Positions 23,777 to 35,877 of a DNA stretch of 64,000 nucleotides are shown here, in pieces. The DNA is from Squalus acanthias (Eukaryota): the NCBI GenBank assembly GCA_030390025.1, contig CM059433.1, forward strand, positions 17,858,001 to 17,922,000. Reading direction: 5' to 3'. Numbering within the stretch: the first letter of the stretch is position 1; each line of letters opens with the position of its first letter. A program made the position numbers and the translations under genes. The notes beneath the pieces were generated by a model. The model did not search any database and had not been told where the DNA came from. It saw nothing but the letters and a program-made list of their open reading frames with translations.

Positions 23777-25485
23777 GGGCTAGAAATTCATGCGGTTTGC
23801 GCCACACGTTAGTGCCACAAGATGGCGCTAAAATGCCGTTGACAGCTGTAACGACAGCTGATGCCGGTTCCAGCGCCGTATGCCATACAGCGCCATATTG
23901 ACGGTAGCGCCGCCGGTAAACTCAATCGCCAGGGACCGCGCCATCATGGTGATCGTGACGTCAGTGAGTGTGCAACGCTCACTGGACGTCGGATCTCCAA
24001 CATTGGATTCAGCCACTTACCTTAACGGCAGCGCAGAACGCAGGGAGAGCTGGTGTCTACAAGCAGAAAGCAGGCTGCAGCAGTGATATTTAAAGGCACC
24101 ATCCCCAATCAGCTGTACCTGACAGGGTTTTGCAGTTTCAATGCCTGTTTGCTACTTCCTGCAACTGAAACAGCTCTCTTTAGTTATTTCAACTTTTTTT
24201 GGTGACAGGGAATGTTGATTCAAGTGCAGAAGTCACTCATTATTTGTTAAAAGCTTCTGCTCACAGCACCTCCTCACAGTCATGGGGGCTGCGGGATTGC
24301 GGGATTACCTCAGGAGGACGATGAGGAGGAGGACGAGGCAGAGGAGGATGAGGAGGAGGAGGATGATGTGGAAGAGGAGGAGGAGGAGGCAGAGGAGGAT
24401 TAGGAGGAAGAGGACAAGGAGGAGGAGGATGAGGAGGAAGAGGACGAGGAGGAGGAGGAACAGGAGGGAAGGCAGAGGCAGCAAGACAATCGGCCTTCTG
24501 GATGAGCTTTCCATGACCGGCTCATCAGACTCTGATTCACATGAATGAAACCCCAGATCCCCATAGCTGAGCACATCCCCATCATACAATCCCTGTCTCA
24601 TTGCGTATCACAGCGTCCTCCTGGGCAAAAGGGTGAAATGAGAGAGACCACAAAATATTCCAAACACACCTAATAAATTTATCTCTAAACATATCACACA
24701 CATGACATGAATTCTAATAACTAATGATTCTTGTGCCTGTCATAGTTGAATAGCTGTCATTGTGTGCAAGGTGTGAGTGTTGCTAGGTAGAGATTGTTGG
24801 TGGGTGAGTGCTGGGGGTGTGGTGCATTGAGCAGTGTGTGAAGCTTGTGGTACAGTTGGTGGTATGTAGCATTTGTTGAAGCTTCACTCACCCTGACCAC
24901 CTGTGTGAGGTCATTAAACATTTTCCTGCACTGGGTGTGGGACCTGGGGACCACAGTGCTGCCCGTGATGTGGTGTGCCACCTCCCTCCACATAGTCCGG
25001 CAGACTTGTGGTGAGGATCCCCTGCCAGTTGGTACAGGACCGCTCGTCTTCTCTCCACCGCTAAAACCAATGCCTCAAAAGCTTCATCCGAAAACCTCGG
25101 GGCTCTCTCCCTGGTGCGGCGATCTGCCATCAGGATTTGTAAATAAGTGCTCCTTCTCCTTGTCCTTCTTCTTATGGTTGTTGAGGCAGCTGCACACCCA
25201 ACAATGCTGAGAATGAGGTGCTGCAGCATCATTGAACCTCCCCTTTAAGTTGTGAAAAAGCCTGTGGCAATCATTACCTGAGTTTAGACTGCACCCGATA
25301 TTGGTCCATCTTTTCAGTGTAACGCCAATGAGCTTGGGTTTTTAGATGAGAATCATGACTGCAATCATTTTAATGAGGAGTGAGGACTAATTTTACGTGC
25401 AGTCTAGACGATTTTCACCTGGCGCTACTTAACCATTTTTAGTCTAAACAGTGCCCATTCCTTGGCTATAACAAATTTCTAGCCC
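23777..25485 (+). mobile_element. Internally deleted Harbinger (copy G, family of E)
   Basis: TIRs gggctagaaatt / aatttctagccc; transposase reduced to its ATG (24282) fused to the acidic tail; Myb exon 1 on - (~24891-25131, RERAPRFSDEAFEALV...CRKMFNDL). Confidence 0.85.
24313..24470 (+). repeat. Imperfect (GAG)n tract, expanded acidic tail of the transposase
   Basis: About 50 GAG/GAC/GAT-type triplets between sequence matching 15181-15200 and 15285-15360. Confidence 0.9.
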
Positions 25486-26054
25486 AATGAGTCTAGATTT
25501 CACTACAGTGCAGATTCAGGGAGGAGAGCTTTGGTGCGAAATTGCGATCGATAGCGCCTGTTGTTTGGGTGCTACGCGTGCCATTTGGGTACCAAAATGG
25601 CATCCGATGCGCTCGCACCTGTGGGGCGAATTGCACCGGAAGCCATATTGGTGAGGGTGTTGGCGCGTGCGCTGCTAACGTCTGCCGAAAGTATGCAGAG
25701 CAGGCAGATCATGACGCCAATCAGCGAGCAATGCTAATTTGACGCCAGCAGTGCCATTTTGGAGCTCAACGCTCCAGCCAATGCCCTCTCTTAAGCTCGC
25801 ACAGCTGAACACGCGTTCAGTAGCAGGAAGGACCCCCCCCACCCCACCCCCGACCAGCGCTATTTAAAGGGATCATCAACTATTACAGGTTAGTTGCTGG
25901 TTGACTTCTTCAGGCTGTTGCTACAATTCCACAAAGTGTTTGGTGCTTTCTATAGTTGTGTCAAATTGCAAAAGTCTACAGGAAGTGCTGTGGCAGGTGC
26001 TGAAGGACATTTTGCTGACTTCAAAGCTTCTGCACAAACCACTTGCTGCCAGAC

Positions 26055-27181
26055 GTGGGTGCACTAGTAGGCATTCCCTTTGGAATGAGTTGAAGAATGA
26101 ACAGAGGCCACACAGAGCAGACAAGCTGCTGGAAGAGGGAGGAGGAGGAGGGGGAGAATGACTCTCAGCAGGAATGCCATATCAGCTCAGGGTGTTCAGG
26201 GAGCAATTCTCCTACCTGAACTTCAGCGAGGTGCAATGTGTGAGATGTCTGTGCTACAGTAAGGATGTCCTCACTGAAATCTGCCAACTGCTGCAGCCAC
26301 AACTGCAACGTCAGAGCAGAGCGAGGACCACATTGCCAGTGGCTGTGAAGGTGACCGTGGTGATGAACTTTTATGTGCCGTGCTCCTTCCAGGTTGGAAC
26401 TGTTGATATTTGCAACATCTCGCAGTTTGCCATCCACTGTTGCGTAAGGGAGGTCACTGAGGCGCACTATTCAAAGACAGCTGACTACATTTCGCTCTCT
26501 CTTTCCAGAGACAAGCAAGCAGAGCAAGCACGTGGCTTTCCTAGGATTGCAGGCATCCCCATGGTGTAGGGTGTCGTTGACTGCATGCATATCGCTTTGC
26601 GGGCACCGCATGTCAACTCTACCCTATACCAGAACCGAAAGGGATTCCATTCCCTCAACATCCAGCTGGTGTGTGACCATAGGCAGCGAATCATGCAGGT
26701 CAATGCCCGGTATCCTGGCAGCAGTCATGATGCTTTCATTCTGCGGCGGTCCGCTGTGCCAGCTGCACTTCAGCCAACACGGCAAACCAAAGGGAGGCTC
26801 CTGGGCGATAAGGGCTATCCACTGACGACATGGCTCATGACTCCGATATGCAACCCATGCACACGTGCGCAGGATGCATATATTAAGAGCCATGTTGCCA
26901 CACAAAATGTGATTGAGCAGACCATTGGCATGCTGAAACAACGCTTGCGCTGCCTGGAGTGCTCTGGAGCAGCCCTGTAGTACTTGGCAGAGCGGGTGTC
27001 AAGATTCATGATGGTCTGCTACATGCTGCACAACCTCACCATCATGGGGGCACAGCCCTTGCCACCAGCTATGAGGCAAGAGTATGAGGAAGAGGGAGAG
27101 GAGGAAGGGAAGAGCCAACCTAGACAGCACCTTTCTGTCCGGGCTGTCCGTGAAGAACTCACCCAAGTGCAATACCAGTAA
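26055..27181 (+). pseudogene. HARBI1-type transposase with nonsense mutations
   Basis: ORFs 26174-26569, 26585-26980 and 26984-27181 share one frame, split by TAG codons; GVVDCMH, GDKGYP and NVIEQTIG are retained. Confidence 0.93.
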
Positions 27182-27339
27182 CCGCAACCCCAATTCCCCA
27201 TTCACCAACAGTCCCACACCTTACCTTCCCTCTGTCACTGACCATCACAGTGCCCGCTTGGCCACAATGCAAAAATAAAAGCTACCACAAAATAAACATT
27301 CCAAACAAAATTTATAAATGAAATCATGCCATACTGTAT

Positions 27340-29232
27340 AATCACCCTTGTGCATTCCCTTACTGCCTGTCTTCCATGAGCCTTTGCTTGTCCTAGTGCT
27401 CCTACACAGTGCTACCCCAGTGGCTGCAGCATGGCTGGTGGAAGGCTGCTGACTTTCAGTGGAGCAGACTGCAGATGACCTTGGAGGACAACCTTGAGCA
27501 GCTCTGGGCCTAGAAAGCCCAGCTGCGGACTGCACCATCCTGGCACGGACGGCAGCAGTCTGGGCTGGCTGGCTGACCGGCAACAGCAAGAGCACTGGTG
27601 GAGTGGCAGGGGTGGTAGGATGAATGCTGTCTGCCAGAGAGAGGACAGCAGGTTCGTACTCCATGGAGCCACTGCCACTCCCCCAGTGCGGGGGCGCCTC
27701 AGCAACCCTAGTAATCTATTGGAGGACAGATTGCTGGACTGCTGTGACACCCTGCAAGCCTCTTTGTGCACTGTAATCCACAGCCATGATGGCAGCAGAT
27801 TAAGCTTGCATGGCAGCAAGCTGACCTTGCATGACAGCAGTCTGAGATTCCACTGCAGCACTCAGATGTTGAGTCGCTGCTGCTTGTGTTGCAATGGAGT
27901 TCCATCATCAGCCATCATGGTTGGGTCCACAAGCGAGTGAACAGAGTTGGCCACCACTTCCATGTTGGAAAGGATGGGCTCCAAGTTATGCGCAAAGCCC
28001 TGTGTCAAGTTGGTGCTGGACTCTTCCATGCTCTTTGACATTGACTGCAGACTTTCTGGCAGGCTTCCCAATGCACCAAGCATTTTGTTTGTGCACACCC
28101 ATCAGAGTTCTTCTGCAGGCTGCCCCATCGAAGTTCTCAGCTGAGTACTCTACAGCGGAACCCATCTTTAACCTCGCCCTCCAGTGAGCTGGCACCTTAT
28201 GCTATCCTTGCCCCTACCCTGGCTCAGACCACTCATGCCCGGTGTCTCACCACGTGCAAATCCCGCCTCTAATCTATTCTCTAAGATACATGCAGTGTCA
28301 GTATCAGAGCTGGTGGCCGCGAGTGTGAAGTCAAGTGATGGTGCTGTGTCTTCATCATCACACTCTTCTTGGTGTTCCTCCGCTGCCTGGCCAGGTTGCT
28401 TGGGTATATGAAAGGAAAAAGGCACAAGTAAGGTTGTGGTGCAGGGAGCGGGGGAACTGAGAGGTGCATGCTTACACTATCTGCTTGTAAATCAGAGGAG
28501 AATGTGGGATGAGGGGGAAGTGGGATGTGAGAAGGAAGATTAGGTATGAGGATGCCGTCATCTTTGATTGTTTAAATCCCGCCTCTCGCCATGGGCTCAG
28601 CAACAACCATCCCAATAATGTCCAGCACCGTCTCCTCCATGGGTGTTAGGATATGCAGGTGCACCTGTCCTCTTCCGGTTAGCTCCTGCTGCCTCTGGCT
28701 GTGTGCCACCTTGTCCTGCAAGTGAGAGGGAAGTGTGTCAGTGAGTGTCATGCTATCTGTTTGGCTGATGTGGCTGTTATGGTGAATAGCTGGCAGTGTG
28801 TGCAAGCCGTGAGATGTGGGTGCGAGGCTTGCAACAGTGCTAAGTGTGTGAGGGTGAGGTGACGCATATGAATATTAGATATGAGGCCTGATTAATAGAG
28901 ATTGTTGGTAGGTGAGTGATGGCGGTGTAGTGCACTGAGCATTGGCTGAGGCTACTGGTGCAGTTGGTAGGATATGGCATTTCAAGATGCATTAACTTGA
29001 CCACTTGTGTGAGGTCATTAAACTTGCGGCACTGCATCCAGGTCCTCAGGGCTTGGCTTCTGGCATTGATCTCCATGGCTGTCTGCTCCCATTGCCTTTT
29101 CACCATGTGTCTCGAGGGCCTCCTGGCCCCCTGCGGATACAGGACATCTCTCCTCCTCTCCACCTCCTCCACCAAGACCTCCAGTGCAGCGTCCGAAAAC
29201 CTTGGAGCCCGCGCTCTCCCCTGTTGTGCCAT
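27340..29232 (-). pseudogene. Harbinger Myb/SANT gene, disrupted
   Basis: MAQQGRARAPRFSDAALEVLVEEVERRRDVLYP...QWEQTA...RTWMQCRKFNDL; exons 2 and 3 are homologous to copies E and J; splice sites are degenerate. Confidence 0.88.
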
Positions 29233-30236
29233 TCCTCACTCTTTCCCAGGTCAGAATTTCTTCAACCACGACTCCCAAAACCCGTTCCAGCCACAATGCA
29301 CCTCCCCTTTAAGAGGTGCAGGCTTGCTTTAAGCAGTGCAGGCTAGCTTTAACTGGTGCTAGCCTCTCATGATATTGGCCCCCTGCTGATGCGTCCAGCC
29401 AATGAACTTGCTGGACGCAGAGATCATTTAACTGAACAGGCAGCACGAAGTTTCCGTGCTGCCTGCATTGCAATCAATGGGCGTGGGTTAATTGCGCATT
29501 GTGATCTCCGCGTCTGTTTTCGGGGGCTAACCAATTTAGCCCCCAGTGTGTGGACAGCATATTTGGAGCTAGGAGGCACAAGAGAAAAAAGTTCAGAAGA
29601 GCATCGATCATAATAAGTAGCAATAAAATAAAAACACAAGAAAGATTGCAATGGAGATTAAGAACAAGAATATTGTTGAGAGTGCTGTTCAATTAAGAGA
29701 TTAGTTGGGTTTGTGACCCTTGACAAAATGTTAGTGAGCAACATTGACATAGCATGTCACAGCATAGTGAAGGATTTAATAGAAGAGCAATATCAGGTCT
29801 TAGTTTATATAAAAATGCTAAGTGGAATTAGTCTAATGCATTTCCTGCTGAAGTATAACTAAAACCTGCCGAGGTAGTCAGTCAGTCATGATACTATTGT
29901 GCAGTGCCTTTGTTTCTTCTGGCCTCGTAACCATTAGTTAATTCGCATTGCTATGGCAATATGAAAAGTCTTGCTGGCATATTTTCAGCACAAATATATG
30001 TTCAAGTTGAACAATGTCAGCCTACACTTTGGGGTGGAGTTGAACTTTTTGTGTAATCATTCGAAGTTTTCATCAACAACAACTTGTATTTATATAGCGC
30101 CTTTAACGTAGGAAGACGCCCCAAGGTGCCGCACAGGCACGTATTATTAGTACAATATTTTGAGTAATGCTATTGTGAATTATGTTTCACACAGAGGCAC
30201 AATGTAATGAAAAATATATGATGTGTGTGTGTGTGG

Positions 30237-30370
30237 GGGTACAGTGGTGTAGTGGTTATGTTAGTGGACTAGTAATCCAGAGGTCTGCACCAATAATCTA
30301 GTATGAACATGAGTTCAAATCCCACTGTGGTGGTTTGAGAATTTGAATTCAGTTTTAAAAAATCTAGAAG
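30237..30370 (+). mobile_element. tRNA-derived SINE head fragment (family of 56987)
   Basis: gtagtggttatgttagtggactagtaatccagagg...gagttcaaatccc resembles 56995-57080. Confidence 0.65.
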
Positions 30371-30713
30371 AGACTTTGTTCTGTCAGTTTGGACTGAATG
30401 CAAACTCTATTCCCAAAAGTGAAGGGCCATTGTGCTGATCCACAATGCCATAAGGTCCCCGAAGTGTTGTGGTTTCAAGATTATTTCAGGTTATTTATTG
30501 TGGAAAATTATGCGATCTGAAGGGAGTTGTTTGGGGTTTGTATGTAATCCCAAACTAACAGGCAATCCCACAGTCAGCTGCAATTCACTCTCAAATGTTT
30601 CATACTCAATCTAATATGTACGAGTTACTTTTATCATTTAGTTCCCGGAAAGCCAACTAGGGGGAAGATTTCCTCTGCTCACTAAGTGCAACAAAATCGC
30701 TTTATAAATCATA

Positions 30714-31435
30714 GGGGGAGAAATTCAGTAGTGCCTAGGAAGGGGAGCTAACTTTTGAGAAGTTGGAAATTTAGCGCCAGGCACTAATCAATCTCGCTGC
30801 CCGCTAAATTCAGTCTCAGCGCTCAAAGAATGCAGGGGAGTGCTAAATCAGGCACTAATGGCGTAGGTGAGTGGCGTTAGGCTCCAAGCAATAACGAATA
30901 TGAGGTGTTGTGTAATTGGAAGTGAGCATTGGCGCAGGCGCCTTCCAGCCATTAAAGGGGAGGGTCACTGGAGTCTGCACACCAGCCCCCAATGATTCGG
31001 GGAGTGCAGAACGACGATATGTTGTGGGATGAAATGCGAAGTGCTTTGACGACCCACAACACTCCGGGGACTAAGCAGCCTTTATTTGGCTGCAGATACA
31101 TCCTGCGCTCTCTGCCACTCATAACTGACCTTTCGAACGGAAGTTCCTTGACAGCTGGGGCGCATCCCTTTAAGTAGAGCCTCGCCAGCTGGCTGGTTCA
31201 CGCCTCTGCTCCCTGGCGCTGTCGGCGCGAGTCGGTAAGGCAGGGGGCGCTACTGAAGTTTGCAGATCGGGCACCCAGCGAGCGTTGCACACTCACTGAC
31301 GTCACAATCTGCATGGTGAAAGTGACAGAGGCGCTAACTGTTATCGGCGGTGCTACGGGGCCGGCGAAGTTGCCGTGCAGCACGGGATTCGCCCCACTGC
31401 GGCGCTACTACCTAAGCGTCCTGTTAGCGCCCCTG
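30714..31435. mobile_element. Harbinger MITE, one end eroded
   Basis: TIR gggggagaaattc; 31280-31432 is similar to the reverse complement of the left end of copy E. Confidence 0.7.
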
Positions 31436-32052
31436 CCAGGTTTGTGTGCTGTAAAATTCTATGTAATTCTATGATATAATAGTTGTAACCTAAACTAAAA
31501 ATTATGATATAATAGCAGTTTTCTTAAACTTACAAACCACAGAGGTGAAATTCCATCTGCTAATAATTTTAGAGTTTAGTACTAACTGAGATTTTATTGA
31601 AACTATCGATGCAAGGAATCTTAACCCCTACATGCATTAAGAAGTGATATTTCTCTAACTTATGAAAAATAGATTTGAGTATGATTTGTGATACAAAAGA
31701 CTTGCGTATTTTGAGAGCTGGTAAAGGTATTTGGTATTTAGCGAATTACAATCACTGGGATATTTATTGGTCACAAATCTTTTTTTTAACGCCTGGAATA
31801 TCTATGCCCAGTACTTTTTGTGGAAACAGATTAACTCCCCATGCTTCAATAAACTGCTGAACTGCTGAAATGAAATCGTGAATGTAGCGTGCATTAATTT
31901 TTATTAGAGTAAGGTAGGATATTAAATCAATGGCTTGGTCCAGGTTGCATTGATTTATTTGCATTCACTGGTGTTTAATAAAATGCAAGGCCATCAAATC
32001 CTTTACTGTTGTTTACATTAACTTGTTTTTTTTTGTTGTCTTTTGTTGACAG

Positions 32053-33122
32053 ACCAGCAGTTCTCATGGTCACCTTCACTGCACTTCAATGAAGACATAT
32101 ATTCTCCTTCATCAAGGACCATGAAAGGATTAACTGGTAGCCGTACGCAGCCCCAGCTCAGCTCAGCACACACTTGTGGCCTGATGACTGAGGACTGTGA
32201 GCATTCTCATGACCACATGCACCATGGCCTGGATTCCAGGCAGTCGTACTTGCTCAGCCCAACTGACAGCTGCCAAATGGACCATCACCGTTGTTCGCCT
32301 CGAAGTTCGATACATTCTGAATGTATGATTCCCATGATGGTGGGGGAGCACATGTCGAGCAGTACTTTCCCCAGAATGCACTACACCTCACACTATGATT
32401 CCAGGGATGACTGTACCAGCGTCTCGCACACGGGCAGCAAGATTAATCGCATCCCGGCGAATCTGCTGGACCAGTTTGAGAAGCAATTGCCTCTGCACCG
32501 TGACGGTTTTCATACACTGCAGTACCAGCGAACATCCACAACCACCGAACAGCGCAGTGAAAGTCCTGGCCGAATACGGCACCTTGTCCATTCCGTCCAG
32601 AAACTTTTCACCAAATCTCACTCTTTGGAAGGGGCCTCGAAAGGAAACGTGAACGGCACAAAGGGCGAAGGTCGGCATTCGGATGATCACCATCATTCCC
32701 ACCACCCCAAACACGGCAAAAGGAGCAAAAGCAAAGAACGAAAGCCAGAGCCCAAGCATAAGTCTGCGATGACTGCCTGGTGGAGCTCAGATGACAACCT
32801 GGACAGCGACAGCACTTACCGTACTGCCAGCGCGATGAGCAGACACCACATCGACCATATCTCTCAGTACTATCCGGAAAATATTCAGGGGGCCTTCAGT
32901 GATCTCACTTTGAAGACGTCAAAAAGCAACAACGATGTTAAGTGTTCTGCTTGTGAAGGATTGCCCATGACACCTGAGGGGAAATATATGAAAAGAAGCT
33001 CCTGGTCCACACTGACTGTAAGCCAGGCCAAGGAAGCCTACCGCAAGTCATCACTTAATCTGGAGAAACCTCTTGTCCATCAGGAAATAAAATCATCTCT
33101 AAGGCCATGTCATTACCTACAA
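32053..33122 (+). CDS. DLGAP2: Large internal coding exon of disks large-associated protein 2 (SAPAP2), N-terminal region
   Basis: ORF 32043-33206 has MKGLTGSRTQPQL, INRIPANLLDQFEKQLPLHRDGFHTLQYQR, RSESPGRIRHLVHSVQKLFTKSHSLEG, WWSSDDNLDSD, KRSSWSTLTVSQAKEAY and RPCHYLQ, recognised as SAPAP family and DLGAP2-like. Acceptor: pyrimidine tract + ttgacAG ending 32052. Donor: CAA|gtaagt at 33123. Confidence 0.95.
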
Positions 33123-34109
33123 GTAAGTGACAGTCTTACTTCTAATTTTAGCAGTACAGTCATCTTTTTCTTTATGTTATTGCTGTTTTTGATAGGAGTT
33201 TATTGAGTATAATGGAAGTTAACTGCTGCACCAACTGTATTACAAGCTACATAGCTATTGAACCAGAAGAGCAGCATGTTACATGGAATTAGCATTTTGC
33301 TGACAAACCTCGGATCCAATGGTACATTTTTTGACTGATGATGAGCCATCATAAAATCTAATTCTAACATCATCTTGCATCAAGGAAATCAAACCATGTA
33401 ATATAAAGAGATTGACAACTGCATTGGGCTAGCTCAGGCAGGAACCTAGCCTTGCACAAACACATTAACCAGTTCACTGAAAGTAGTGCACAGAGGAAAT
33501 TAAATCCCCAGGTCAACATAAGAAGCATTGGAACCTGAAGTTGTCTGTTAGCATTCACAGTAATATCCATAATAGGTAAACAGCAATTCTGTTAACTTAA
33601 TGCATTATAGCTTACCCCACCCCCCTATTGAGTAACATTGTAATTTTAGTGACAAATTTTAAATAAAGACCCGGGCAATGCTTTGTACCCGTAAAATGCC
33701 TTATACCTGATGAATGCTTTATTACCGGGCAATGCTGGACTTCAATGAGCATGTTTGCTGGAGCATGACAATATGAGCAGTGGGTGGAGATACAGTGAAC
33801 AAATGGATGTAACTCACTATTGGAGTTTAACTAAATAAATGTCAGGTGCCAGCAGGGGTTTGCCATGGGATGAGGCCACCTTCTAGCGTGAGTATGATTT
33901 GGAAGAGAAACGGTGGCAATGGAGGGTGGGAGATACCCACAGAGTGAACCAGCAGTGGTAGCTCTCGAAGAGGAAGTCAAACAATGAAGAGAATGAATAG
34001 AAGGGTAAGCAGCAGTAACACTGGGGGAGGAGGTTACTGAATGTTTAAGACTGGGAAATGTATTGGTGGTGTTCTGTATTGTAGAGCTGGAGAAAGTTGC
34101 ATAGGTTTG

Positions 34110-35143
34110 TTTTTAATATTTGTTCCTGGGATGTGGGCGTCGCTGGCAAGGCCAGCATTTGTTGCCCATCCCTAATTGCCCCTGAGAAGGTGGTGGTGAG
34201 CCGCCTTCTTGAACCGCTGCATACCTTGTGGTGAAGGTACTCCCACAGCGTTGTTAGGGAGTGAGTTCCAGGATTTTGACCCTGCAACGATGAAGAAACA
34301 GCAATATATTTCCAAGTTAGGATGGTGTGTAACTTGGAGGGGAACTTGGAGGTGATGATGTTCCCAAGCGTCTGCTGCCCTTGTCCTTCTAGGTGGTAGA
34401 GTTTGCGGGTTTGGGAGGTGCTGCCGAAGAAGCATCTTGTAGATGGTACACACTGCAGCCACGGTGCGCTGGTGGTGGAGGGAGTGAATGTTTAAGGTGG
34501 TGGATGGGGTGCCAATCAAGCGGGCTGCTTTGACCTGGATGGTGTTGAGCTTCTTGAGTGTTGTTGGAGTTGCACTCATCCAGGCAAGTGGAGAGTATTC
34601 CATCATACTCCTGACTTGTGCCTTGTAGATGATGGAAAGGCTTTGGGGAGTCAGGAGGTGAGACACTCGCCACAGAATACCTAGCCTCTGACCTGCTCTT
34701 GTAGCCACAGTATTTATGTAGCTGGTCCAGTTAAGTTTCTGGTCAATGGTGACCCCCAGAATATTGATGGTGGGGGATTCGGCGATGTTAATGCCGTTGA
34801 ATGTCATGGGGAGGTGGTTTGATTCTCGCTTGTTGGAGATAGTCATTGCCTGGCACTTGTGTGGCGCGAATGTTGCTTGCTGCTTATCAGCCCAAGCCTG
34901 AATGTCATCCAGGTCTTGTTGCATTCGGGCATGGACTGCTTCATTATCTGAGGAGTTGCAAATGGAACTGAACACTGTGCAATCATCAGCGAACATCCTC
35001 ACTTCTGACCTTATGATGGAGGGAAGGTCATTGATGAAGCAGCTGGTTAGGCCTAGGACACTGCCCTGAGGAACTCCTGCAGCGATGTCCTGGGACTGGG
35101 ATGATTGACCGCCAACAACCACAACCATCTTCCTTTGTGGTAC
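34110..35143 (-). mobile_element. CR1/L2-group LINE, 5'-truncated RT fragment
   Basis: ORF 34172-35128 GVPQGSVLG...FINDLP...MFADD...ILGVTIDQKLNW; 3' end shared with the SINE tail at ~59755-59845. Confidence 0.9.
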
Positions 35144-35149
35144 AACGAT

Positions 35150-35610
35150 TTATAGATAAGGATGAAAACTTTCAATTTGATATGTTATGGGACATGATCC
35201 AATAGGGGTTGACAAGGACAGGGGTGATCGGCAAGTGGAACCTAGCATGGAACAAGATGCAAGTGGCCTAGGTTTGGATGAGTTGGGGTTTGAATAGGAT
35301 GGAACTCAGGAGTGCATTGGAGAAGTTGAGTCTGAAAGTAACATAATCTTGAATGAGGGTTTCAGAGGCAATGCAGATAAAGTTGGAGCAGAGGCAAGCA
35401 ATGTTGCAGAGTTGGAAGTGAGTGGTCTTGGTGATGGGTACAATACGGGGTTTGAACCTCAGCTCCATGTTGAACAGGATACAATCTGGTTCGCCAAGGA
35501 GCGAGCGAGTCGGTTGGCAACGATTGCAGAGTTTTGACAGGAGCTGAATAAAGTGGTTTTGTCGTTCCCAATATGTTCAGTTGGAGGAAGTTCAGGCTCG
35601 TCCACAATTT
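35150..35610 (-). mobile_element. Degenerate L2 fragment
   Basis: LNFLQLNI; HFQLCNIA...ETLI...VTFRLNFSNALL, homologous to ORF 36990-37679. Confidence 0.7.
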
Positions 35611-35877
35611 CCTGTTAAGAAAGGTGATTTTCACTCGCAGCCATGCAACTTCGATGTCTCAGAGGGTGATACTCTTGCCTAGAACCCACATAAACTATAT
35701 GAGTGGTCTGGTTGAGACTTTCCAGCTGACTATTCCTCTCAGTGGGCTCTATGCAGGAGCGCAGCTGAGTTTAGGTTCTCAGCGGAGCAAAGGATTCAAA
35801 GCTGAATCTCACTACCCCCACTGTCACAATGAGGTGTGCCAGGTATTTGAAGACTGCGATAACTAATTAGTACAGTC

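Larger units (their letters stand above)
25532..29544 (+). mobile_element. Two-gene Harbinger transposon (copy H, 4.0 kb)
   Basis: Imperfect TIRs tggtgcgaaattg / caatttagccccc; convergent transposase and Myb genes. Confidence 0.9.

Noticed and set aside
24282..24601. Protamine-like Arg-rich, poly-Leu and poly-Ser ORFs
   Set aside because: Alternative frames of one GAG repeat.
33123..33206. Hydrophobic C-terminal extension of the DLGAP2 ORF
   Set aside because: Read-through into intron past a consensus GTAAGT donor.
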